NCBI GenBank assembly: GCA_964187785.1
Contig: OZ076409.1
Location: 38,938,001 to 39,002,000, forward strand
Direction: 5' to 3'
DNA: 64,000 bases
Origin: Amphiscolops sp. MND2022
Taxonomy: Eukaryota
A program made the position numbers and the translations under genes. Each line of letters starts with the position of its first letter. Position 1 is the stretch's first letter. Under the pieces are notes generated by a model. That model was not told the origin of the DNA. It did not search any database and saw nothing but the letters and a program-made list of their open reading frames with translations. Positions 23,016 through 34,900 of this stretch are shown piece by piece.

Positions 23016-26000
23016 TGGCCTAACTGGATTTGGAAGAGGACGCGGCCTTGGGTTTTGTAACTACTACTGAACTATTTTAAAGATATCTAATTCTACTTAC
23101 GGTACAGCAGAATTATTTGTAGATATTTTTCCGCACACAACATCCAACGTAAGCGTTACGAAGTATTTTTGGAAATTGTTTTAGAGCTAACTAAAACTTC
23201 CGGTTCAATGTTTTCACACGTAACGTTATTCTCTATTTCCGGGTTCATCTTGTGAAATTTCCATACTAATCTAAATACTAAAACAAAAACATTTTCCAAA
23301 ATAGGATCATTTTTTCCTTCTCTACACTGAAATGAAACATTGAAGATAATATTTAACTTCGCGATCCCAACGCAGTTCATACAATCTAATATGAAAAGAA
23401 CATACAAAATAGTATAGAGGAATTGTTTTCCAGTATTAAGTTAGTTGTCAATATCCACTTAAAATCTGAGTCAAGTGATTTTAGGCAAAAGTTTACAACG
23501 TTATGACAGCGTCACTCAACTGAGCTAGTGACGGGTGTTTCTGTTTTTACGGACCAATAGCGTCGCATCTTAACTGAATTATTTGAGCTCAAGCCAACAG
23601 AATTGTGCTTGGTTGCCCCTAGCAACGCCAACTAGCAAAGAGAAAAAGAATGAAATCGCCTACGCTCTCCGCTTTCTCTCCGTCAGCCACGGCTGCTCAG
23701 CTATTCCTAATCTTAATACGTACGAACCGTCTACGGAGCGAATTGTGAAGTTGTAAATACGAAGTAACAGTTCAAACAAATTTCAAACGATGTTTGTTTC
23801 TAAATGGACGCGTTTAAAGTATTCTAGAATTAAGATCTTTCACATAAGACAAGCGGTACTGTAAGAAGGATTAAAGCGGAAACTTTTGTACATTATCAGA
23901 TGAAGTATAGATGATAGGAAACGTTGACCTTACGTCGAAACTCTCTATTATTCTCCCATCTAATACAGCACGAGTATGTTGTAAAATATTTTCCTATTCA
24001 AGTTCCTAGTTATACTAGAACGCCACGAAAGGTCTTCGTCCCCAAAAATCTAAATGTGCGAAAACAAGCTTTTTAATCGAATGGAATGTACAATTAATTT
24101 TACGTATACACAGCGTTGTGCTTAATTTGATTTGCAACTACAAAATTCAATGGTAATATCAACTTTTTGGCTACTATAGTAATGATCTTATATCGACGGT
24201 CTTTGTGTGTTATGTCCAGTTCACCTTCACAATACAATGTATAATTCCCGTTGCATTTACGTTCATAGTTAGTATTGTACCAAGTGAATGTTGTTTCTGT
24301 TTAGCATATGCACTTTAATCATGACTTTCATTGTTTAAATTCATTTTGTTTTGAGTTTGCGGATTGTCTCCGCGAACATTGGATAATGTCTAAGTCAGAG
24401 TAATTCGTTATGTTCTCTTTTCAACAGCAATAAATTTGTAATTCTGTTTGTATTCGTGTCAATGTTTGGAATATTCTATTCCGGCATCATTCGTTCCTTT
24501 TGCCAACAGTTAGATATTTTTCTCCGCTTTCGAATTTCTCTGCTCCGTTTCAATTCCGTCATCACTTTAGCGAGTCAAACTTTTGTTCGAATCTCAGCTT
24601 TCCTAATTTGGGAATTGAGTAATTGATCACGCCGGCGTGGCTACGCTGATGAAAATGTCAACTAGATTTGTATTTTGCCGCAATTATGAAGCTCAAACAC
24701 CAAATGAGATCGCGTGAACAAAAATGATTTCAAGAAAGTTTTACGGAATAGTGACGCAACTAGGAATTTCGATGCCTGATTTTTTGACGCGTTTTGATGA
24801 ACAAACCCAAATTTTATGAAACCTGAGGAACAAATGATGTAGAGACATGAAAAATAACTCAGTCAATCTTGTAACTGTTTCACGTTCAACTGTTCCGTTG
24901 TAACAACGAAAAACTTTCTTTGACGAATTCACCAATTCCAAAGATCGTCTTTCTTCTCTATTCAAAAATGACAACTAGAAGCCAAAAGAGAAAAGCTGTA
25001 GTCGAACTAAATTCCGGAGAATTCGAAGCATCTGTAGCTGAAAATGACTCATCTGAAAACCTAGTAGCTTGACCTAGCAAAACTCTTAGAGTTGAACCTG
25101 AAATTCTTGATGAGACAAAAATATCTTTGAGTAAAGAAATCATGTCTAATCTAACAAAGATATTAGATATCTGAACAATCAAGACTCTGATTCTGAGTCA
25201 GAAAAGATTGTATCCTCATCTAGCTGAGATACAGAAAATCAACGTGTTTCAAGCGTACTGCAACCTTGAGGATGCTAAAAAAGACAACCTAGAAAATGTT
25301 ATAACGGCATTCAAACGTCGTTTTGGGGATTTCCAATCCTCCGCGAAGGCAAGATGCGAAGGGGATGCGCTGCACTTCAATCCCACAAAACCAAAACTGC
25401 ATGAATTCCTCAATCTTCTGCAGAAAACTGCTAAAAAAGCGTTCGGTTCTGAAGCGCAAAAGTTCTTTGACAAAACCATATACGCTAAAATGCCCAATCA
25501 ACTTCAAAAGATCCTCAACAATGCATGCCTAGAAGACAAGCCCTACAACAATATCGTTCTGCATCTTGAGCGAGAGATGTGATTAAACGGACTAGGAGCG
25601 CCTGATGAAACGACCCTAGTCCCTCTAAGCACAGTAGACGCAGTAGTGACGGAAGACAAGAAGGAACAGCAACCAAAACGCTATTGCATCCATTGCGGTA
25701 AAAATTCCCACTGCAAAGCACAGTGTCGCCGGCTTTGAAAAGAACGATACTACGCAACTGAAACGAACGCTACTAACACAAAACAAGCAGATGAACCAAT
25801 TTCCAAGTGTGATACGCGCGCCAAATTGCACAAAACCGAAAATTGCTGGGTTGGAGCTAACGCGGCAAATGATACAAGAAACAAGAAACGAGAATTTGCT
25901 ATACCAACCGATAAAATCAACGAACAACCCGTACCCACAACACAACCAAAAAACTAAAATCGCCACGCCTACGTTTCGGGGAAAAAGAAGACGAGAGGGC

Positions 26001-27890
26001 ATACACCAATGAAGATCCCCCAAGAAGATTCGAAGATGTTCTAACCGAGTGCAATGAAGAACCTACTCAAGATTGGCAACGACGCTGGAACGTAGGTATG
26101 ATTCTTCGACACAACTCCAGACGTCCGGATGTCCCACAACCACTTCCCCAATGGATAACTGAGTCACCTGATAACTATGCAACACTCAAAAGACCACTTC
26201 CAGTGTCGAAAACTGACAGGAATTACATTTACGATAAAAACTACCGCTGCGATCCGTGGGATGAACCAACGATCTACGATGCAAACACTCTATCTTTCAA
26301 AATACAAACTCCCAATCTACAAATTCGCACAGAAACGGTACCAACACTCCCTTCACCACCATCACCTATCCTGAAAAATTCGGAACCAACGCCAACAGTA
26401 CCAGTTATGGTAACGTCCACAACCATAGATGCAGAGAACATAATCTGTATAGAAGACAAACCGATTTGGTCACGACAAGCAAGACAACAGAGAGAGGACA
26501 GCCTTTCTCCCTCACCACCGCCACAAACGGCGCCCGCCACCGAAGCACCAGACAACGACGAAAAAACAACGGAGTGTCCCCCATCACTATCCGAAGATCT
26601 ACATGTCAACAAAGAATTCATCCAACACGATAAGGATGACAACTACATCACGTTAATGTCTGCAATAGCCTTCAAAAAGAAGAAGAGAATGCTCTTCCTA
26701 CCGGTTGAATTTAAAAATGTCGAAATTGACGCGTTAGTAGATTAAGGTGCATACATGAATGCCATTAGTGAAGGGGATGCCGAGAAAATACAACAAAATG
26801 CAAGCCAATGCATCATCAATAAAGCACCACCACCCCTTTCAACGTACAGTACGAAACCGCCGAACTAGAACAATCACTTGCAACGTACACTCTACGGTTC
26901 AAAATTGGGGATTACATTTTTGAAGAAACGTTCATCATCATGACCCAGACGTCATTCTCCATAATAGGATTGGCGTTCCTACGGAAACATGCTGCAATCC
27001 TCGATACCGCCCAAGGTACCATGGACTTCCGGAAGATCCAGATTACAATGGCGCTCACTGATGAAATGCAGTGATGGACTGAAAGCCCACTGATGAAAAG
27101 TGCAACCAAAAACCCATTACCATCAAGACGGAAGGTAAACATTCTATACCCGCACAATCCACACGTATCATATACGCGCCACTCGCTGTGATTTATGATC
27201 ACCCAAAAACTGAGACTATACAACCTCTACCACAGTTTGACGATTGTGCAAACTCATAGTAGCGCCGGCAATAACAACTGCCAGTGACAAGAAGATAGGT
27301 ATAAAAATTGCCAATACAACGGATTTCCCTACACAATAAGTGGAGACACCAAACTGTCAAATTGCAGATTTTGAAACCAGAAGAAACAAAAATGATCCGT
27401 CCTGTCGACATAGCGGCACTCAATCTCTTAACGGAACACGACGACGTTGTAACGTACATCAACACCTCGATGCAACTGGAACGCCCCGAGGACAACGAAG
27501 AGAAAGTTTGGTTCCCAACCCCAGAAAAGCCAGGAAATGAACAAGAACACTCGCCCATACAGAAGCGGCTTTTGAAATAACTACGGGAACTGGCTGAGCA
27601 TGAACAACTTAATCCAACTGAAAACGAGGAATACCGAAACAAGTTTCTCTCAATGTTCCATTGGACAAACTCACTAATTGCGAGCAAAGACCGAGAAAAC
27701 CTAGAAGATACATTCGTAGAATTCAATGACATTTTCGCCCGACATAGACTTGACATCGGCATGAACACGCAATTCAAAGTCAGCTTAACCCCAGAAGCTG
27801 ATAAACCCGTATACACGAGTCCCGACCAATCTTAAAGAACACCTGACAGTAGAGCTAGCCCTCATGCACCGATACGGAATCATCACGACA
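23016..27890 (+). mobile_element. Truncated large-LTR Gypsy element (family C): LTR, gag, protease, start of RT
   Basis: LTR portion is homologous to the inverted solo LTR 44445-46489. gag starts MTTRSQKRKAV at 24968, with knuckle remnants CIHCGKNSHCKAQC and CDTRAKLHKTENC. Protease ALVD*GA near 26730. RT N-terminus FNDIFARHRLDIG...ELALMHRYGIITT. Confidence 0.9.
25948..25957 (+). promoter_or_regulatory. Putative -1 ribosomal frameshift site (A AAA AAC followed by gag stop TAA)
   Basis: Canonical X XXY YYZ heptamer at the end of gag (CCA AAA AAC TAA). The -1 frame stays open past the stop. Confidence 0.65.
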
Positions 27891-28007
27891 AAAAACACTA
27901 CCGGCAAACAAAAACAAGTTGTCAGCAGTTTGTTGATCGTTTAATCGTTTAGTTGTTGGGGAGCACGTATGCCCGTTCCATTATTGCCAAAGGAATGTGC
28001 TGTTTCT

Positions 28008-28085
28008 GCTCAGAATTGATGCTGGAGGATTGAAGAATTGATGCTGGAGAATTGATGCTCAGAATTGATGCTGGAGAATTGAATG
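28008..28085. repeat. Short degenerate tandem repeat of AGAATTGATGCT(GG/C)
   Basis: About 5 consecutive 13-14 bp units. Confidence 0.8.
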
Positions 28086-28672
28086 AAGACGAAAACCAGC
28101 ATGTTCTTTCCTTTTGCCTGCGGATAATTGTTGCCCCAATTCATGATTAGCAAGAAAGGCATCAAATGAGACAACAGCGAAGTCTCGGATCTTCATAACA
28201 TCCATGAAAAGACTCCCAAGTATGAATTTCTGGAAGGCCACTGTTGACTCGAGTCTTCAAAAGCAGACAATACACAAAATGGCAAATCTCGGCATATGCA
28301 CAGAAGGCGTAATCAGTCCGGCCCTGGCGTAACCTGGGACAATTGTTGTAGACTAAACACAAACCATTAATCAGTAATCAACGCCGAAAAAGAATCGAAC
28401 TCTCAACAAACGAAAGCTCAACGAAAAATCAGAATGAACAAACAGTCAGAGTCAATCAGATGAGCAATCTATAAACTGAAAAGGGCTCACTAACAAGTAT
28501 CAAGCACTACTTCAAGAAGTCCGAACCGATACGTTATCATGTTATCGGCAATCAACAGCCAATCAGTCCACTGCAGCTAAAATACCAATAGAAAATGAGA
28601 TTCAAAACACAACAACGAGGATACGACGAAAAGGTCTACCACAGATAGAAGACCAGAAAACGAAATCATGAC

Positions 28673-31072
28673 TTACTCTATCAGCCTTGTATTTCGCCTA
28701 AGGATTGCCAGTGCACCGGATGTACGGACGTATTGAAGACCACAACTCGACCAAATCTGACAATACACCCCGCAAATCGGCGAACTCCACGAATCCTTGA
28801 CGGAAAATCCTACACAGGACAATCCTATCTTCAATCCAGTCCTCGTATACAGGAGTTTTTAGACGTAGAATGGTATGTATACTCTACTAGAGTTGTTATT
28901 TCCACCATACTAAATACGTCCTGGTATGCTTGCCGGATACAACGAAAAAGCATGTCACTGTGAAACGGGTGTTACGCCACATACACACGATTATCATCAC
29001 TGCTGTGTCCCAAGACTCGGGCAAAAGACGGACTTCCTCCTACTATGGCCAACGGTTATCTCTTGGATTCCAAGCTGCAAACAATTCGAGCTAATGGGAG
29101 CAACTCCGGTTTTGGCATGGGCTGATCCAAAAACTCGCGGACCACACACACTTTCTTTAGGTGATTGTCTTCCCAAAACAGGACAAAGCAACGTTCCATG
29201 TTCGCATTCTTCTCATACTGCAACACATACTCACGAAAATGCCCGATGCTCCTGAACATTATCCGTAACACCCGTGGAACAAGACCTTGACACAGAGCAG
29301 CCTAAAACAAACAACAAGTAAATATAAACAGACCAGCAAACGGTCAGTTGGATACATGTCACGCTATCGAATGAAACAAAACCAATGTCACGCGCTCAAC
29401 GCGGAAAACCACATATCCTACAGAAAGAAATCACTCACCACAGTCTCTGTACGGCTCCATTGTAGGGTAAATTCAGGCTCTCGACAACCCAGTGAATCAA
29501 GTAAGTAACCCCACAAACGTCGAACCAGCGTGAAATCTCCACCACTCCGTAAAACGTCATTCAAGCTCGACGCGGGCGTCATCAACGGCACTTTCGAATC
29601 TGCCTTTGAGTGCTACGGCAGTATGTCCTCATGAAACAGAAATTCCCCGCCCAGATCCACAAAAGACCGTGATCGGAACTCTTCCTCCTGTCTAGCTCTC
29701 ACCTCCATGGGCTCCATCAACTCGATGTATATCGGCAGCCCCATGTGTAACCGATACACCACGTCTTGCTCCCAATGCTCTCTCGATTAAAAATGGCGAA
29801 CAAAACAGCGGACCCATGCGAACCCATCTTTACATCTCGTCTACAGATTCAGCAATAGAAGAATTTGGCACTTTCACATTCCGCAGAAGTTACGAAATCA
29901 CCGAACAGCGGATTCAATGACAACATCCGACAGCGCAAAAGGTTTTGGGCACTATATTTCTTCGTCTTCGGCCGGTCCAGTTGACTTTCCACTTTCTCAA
30001 CAAGTTCGCTGAAACCTAAAATGCACACAAAACATTTAAACACCAACCCAATGTGCAATATGGACTACAGAAAACCCTTGATCATTCAAAATAAAACGTC
30101 ACCTCAACACTATATAAATCAACCCACAGAAACCAACACCACGAATCAACACACCTGTTTGAATCTGCCAACAGTACGTACGTTCCTCCACCGTTGAAGC
30201 TAGCTGACGACCGAATTGCAACACCTCAGGCGACACCGAACTCACGCAACCCATTCCCGGAGAGGCCCCGTCTTCAGCCCCGCTCCAGCCACTCAGTCCG
30301 TCCTCCAACTCTGAAACTCTCGCTTTCCTCTTCTGTTTAGAAGAAGGCGTCGACACAAACCTCACGCTTGTCTTGCGAAATGGGGAAACCTTTGAACCTA
30401 CAACAAAAACGCAATGTACAACAACCTACAAAGGTTCAAAAAAACAAAAGAGAACAAATGATAAGAAAGCGCAACAGAGAAATCAGTTACCGCTTGGTTG
30501 ACAATCTTCCCGGTCGGCGTCTCCGTCTTCTGAGGAGGCGGATCCCACCGCACCTCCATGAGGTTCTAAGTCAAGATCGACGTTGCCCGAAACTACCCCG
30601 GACAAGTCTGGAGGAACAGCAGAAGAAATATTGACACCCGCATTAGTGGCGGACTCAATTGTTGCACCAAAAGGAAGCAATGCTACTAGAGCTTTATTAA
30701 CAGTCTGGTTCGCGAGAAGCACTATGGAGACTGGAGACAGTCTATCGAAGGAGCCCAACGAAGGCAACTCCTCGGCAACAACAGCAGTCACGTCCGTAGT
30801 AGTAGCCGGAACAACAGTATGGGAAGCGCCAGGTTGAGTTACTGAAAATCAAGATCTGGTTTGACGCGTTAGAGATACGGGTAAAACTGTAAAGGTTGAT
30901 CACTAAAACAATAGTCCAATCACCCATGGAAGTCAGAAAGGTTTTACCAACTTGAAGAAGTTACTGCAGCTTCCGCCTCCGAATGATAGACGTCATCCTC
31001 AATGAAACAAAAGTTAGTTTCATGTCCATTCTGGAAACCAGCACCACTGGGAGGACCAACATCTTCATCCAT
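28673..31072 (-). pseudogene. Five-exon spliced gene of unknown function (~640 codons), carrying several stops and frameshifts
   Basis: Exons 31072-30924, 30841-30491, 30397-30155, 30015-29439, 29301-~28690. Introns 30923-30842, 30490-30398, 30154-30016, 29438-29302 are all GT..AG with T-rich acceptors. Splicing joins four separate ORF-track frames in phase. Confidence 0.75.
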
Positions 31073-31373
31073 TGCAAGAAAACTTCAAAACGATCTAAAA
31101 CCCAAAAAAAAATCAAAGAAATGAAGAAAAAGAAACCAACGAATTATTCCGGAAGAGTATCTTACAGGAAAATATCAGCATCATTTTTACTACAATTGGG
31201 AAAAGAATTATCTCCTTTTCAGCTTTCACCTTGAGCCTAATAAAAGGCGGACCGGAGCGCAACGTTTCCAAAAATCATACAGTGAATCTAAAGGTGACTA
31301 AAAAACGCTGAAGGGAAACCCTCAAGGAAAACCACTTCTGGAAAACACTCGTGGACGTAATTCCATTTACAAA

Positions 31374-31905
31374 ATTGATCACGTCATAACGACGTAGCTG
31401 AGGAAAGCGAAGACTAAATTAAGAGCTTTCCTTTCATTTACTGGCCAATCGCAGTGCAGAAGGAAGCAAAACGCTTTCATGAGGTCATATGTAGAGATAT
31501 GTAAAAATCGTCGTTCAATCTTGTAATATTTTCACGTTCAATTGTTCCGTTGTATCAGCTAAAAACTTTCTTTGAAGAATTCATCAATTCCAAAGATCTT
31601 CTTTCTTCTCTATTCAAAAAAGACAACTAGAAGTCAAAGTGAAAAGCTGTAGCTGAATTAGTTTCCGGAGATTTGAAGCTTCAGTAGTTGAAAATACCTC
31701 ATCTGAAAACCTTGTAGCTGGACCTAAAAAACTCTTAGAGTTGAACGTGAAAATGTTGATGAGATAAAAACATCTTTGAGAAAAGAAATTATGTCTTATC
31801 TAACAAAGATATTAGCTGAAAATCAAAAGGAAATGTCTAAATTGATAGCACCTTTGAGCAAAAAACAGCCTGTATATCTGAACATCCAAGACTCTGATTC
31901 TGAAT
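31374..31905 (+). repeat. Family C-related LTR segment (promoter motif + dead gag N-terminus)
   Basis: AATTGATCACG-N13-GCTGA.GAAA also occurs at 24621 and, more diverged, inverted near 45100. TTRSQ..KAVAELVSG..EIKTSLRKEIMS frame is homologous to 24968 onward. Confidence 0.75.
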
Positions 31906-34900
31906 AACTCCAAATAAAAAAACGACACCTAATTTTTTTTCAACATTTTCTGCGTCCCTTCATACATTTTTTGGAACGGTAAAATGTTGAAAACATTTTA
32001 AAAAGTTCCATTTGGTGTTCAGCAGGCTTTTTGAAGCAATATGAGCAGACTTTGGCCCCAAAGTCCTTAGAATTGATCCTAAAAAACTCCGAAAATTCAA
32101 ATTGTATACTGTTATAGACATTTTACTTTTTGTGCAAGTTTGGAGGAAGGTTTGTAAATCAAAACATTTTTAAAAGCTTCAAACATTAGATATATATAGC
32201 TAAACAGTACGTCATTCTTTGGAAAATTGGTGGCTTTTGAGGTTGCAAAAGACACACTTCGACCACTACACTCAAGTTTCTAAATTTTATGGAAAGTTGA
32301 TAGTTTTGTGTTCTGAATTTTGTAAAATTTTCGAGAGGTTTCGTGGGTTAGAATAGTTAACACAATCAACAACAAATAAACGCGTCATCAACTGCGTTGT
32401 TTGGAAAAATTGCAGTTTTTTGGAGGAAAAGTCCTTGAAAAGGACCTCGAAAATACCAAAGTTTTCTATCCTTTAACGATTTCAGTCTCTCTGTTTTTCG
32501 AAATTAGAAACATTTGGACAGTTGAAAAGTTTTAAAAAATCCAATGAAAATAACTGAGTTCAGAGCACTCTTTCAGAAGAAAAAATTGCAGTTTGGCAGA
32601 AAAACACCCCAGAATGGCCCAAAAGATTCAAAAAATTAAAAAAGCTCGTTTTCCGACAAACGTTTTCTAATTTTTGTTCAACTTACCTCCATTGACCTGA
32701 ACATTCAAACATTAGGTGGATAAAAACCCTCGTACTTGAGAATAAACGAGTGAAAAGTTCCTCACTTATCGACCAAATATTGCCAATTGCTCGTTTTGGA
32801 CTTTTTCCGAATGTTTTCATGGAATAAAACATCAATGGGCTCAACGTCAAAACATGTAGCTACTAGTACAGGTTTTGAAACAATTGCACTACTGCAGAAA
32901 AGAAATGGCCAATTTTTCAAAAAAGATTTATCAATAAAGTAATTTCTTTCCTATACTTTTTCGTCAAACTTATTTGTTCATTAATCTTTAAACGAAAAAA
33001 CACAGTACGTCATCCTTGAGAAATAGTCTAGTTTTCCAGGTAAAAACAACCTCTAATTTTTTCCCAAACATCTCAAACTTTTGATGATTTCATGCTCTAT
33101 TTGTCAATTTTTTGAGCTGGGTTGAGAGTTAGAATGGTGTATATAGTCATCAACGAATATAATTGGTATCCAGTGAGCATTTTGGAAGCGATTTGTGATG
33201 TTTCGTGTTTGAAAATCGCGTCCTACTGACACAAAAGAATGGAACGTAAGTTATGTACTGGTCTTCGCTTGTTTCAACGATAAAACAATTCGGTACTTAG
33301 CGTATTCTTAAATCCGTTGTTTCTTTGGAAAATAGGATAAGGGGAATCAAAAAGAGTGAAAACTTTTATTTCAAACTTTTTTGCATTTTCATATTGCATT
33401 GGCTATTCTTGAGTCTCGAGATTGTGTCGTTCAATCTTGTAATTGTTTCACGTTCAATTGTTCCGTTGTATCAGCGAAAAACTTTCATTGACGAATTCAT
33501 CAATTCCAAAGATCTTCTTTCTTCTCTCTTCAAAAATGACAACTAGAAGTCAAAAGTGAAAAGCTGTAGCCGAACTAGTTTCCGGAGAATTTGAAGCTTC
33601 TAAAGTTGAAAATAACTCATCTGAAAACCTAGTAGCTGGACCTAAAAAACTCTTAGGTTTGAACGTGAAAATCTTGATGAGATAAAAACATCTTTGAGAA
33701 CAGAAATTATGTCTGATCTAACAAAGACATTAGCTGAAAATCAAAAGGAAATGTCTAAATTGATAGCACCTTTGAGCAAAAAACAGCCTGTATATCTGAA
33801 CATCCAAGACTCTGATTCTGAATAACTCCAAATAAAAAAACAACACCTATTTTTTTTTCAACATTTTCTGCGTCCCTTCATACATTTTTTGGAACGGTAA
33901 AATGTTGAAAACATTTTAAAAAGTTCCATTTGGTGTTCAGCAGGCTTTTTGAAGCAATATGAGCAGACTTTGGCCCCAAAGTCCTTAGAATTGATCCTAA
34001 AAAACTCCGAAAATTCAAATTGTATACTGTTATAGACATTTTACTTTTTGTGCAAGTTTGGAGGAAGGTTTGTAAATCAAAACATTTTTAAAAGCTTCAA
34101 ACATTAGATATATATAGCTAAACAGTACGTCATTCTTTGGAAAATTGGTGGCTTTTGAGGTTGCAAAAGACACACTTCGACCACTACACTCAAGTTTCTA
34201 AATTTTATGGAAAGTTGATAGTTTTGTGTTCTGAATTTTGTAAAATTTTCGAGAGGTTTCGTGGGTTAGAATAGTTAACACAATCAACAACAAATAAACG
34301 CGTCATCAACTGCGTTGTTTGGAAAAATTGCAGTTTTTTGGAGGAAAAGTCCTTGAAAAGGACCTCGAAAATACCAAAGTTTTCTATCCTTTAACGATTT
34401 CAGTCTCTCTGTTTTTCGAAATTAGAAACATTTGGACAGTTGAAAAGTTTTAAAACATCCAATGAAAAAAACTGAGTTCAGAGCACTCTTTCAGAAGAGA
34501 AAATTGCAGTTTGGCAGAAAAACACCCCAGAATGGCCCAAAAGATTCAAAAAATTAAAAAAGCTCGTTTTCCGACAAACGTTTTCTAATTTTTGTTCAAC
34601 TTACCTCCATTGACCTGAACATTCAAACATTAGGTGGATAAAAACCCTCGTACTTGAGAATAAACGAGTGAAAAGTTCCTAACTTATCGACCAAATATTG
34701 CCAATTGCTCGTTTTGGACTTTTTCCGAATGTTTTCATGGAATAAAACATCAATGGGCTCAACGTCAAAACATGTAGCTACTAGTACAGGTTTTGAAACA
34801 ATTGCACTACTGCAGAAAAGAAATGGCCAATTTTTCAAAAAAGATTTATCAATAAAGTAATTTCTTTCCTATACTTTTTCGTCAAACTTATTTGTTCATT

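Noticed and set aside
20645..24615. Two 1.6-kb direct repeats as the 5' and 3' LTRs of a small element
   Set aside because: No PBS, PPT or TG..CA ends at the repeat boundaries, and downstream protease sequence is duplicated too, so it is a segmental tandem duplication.
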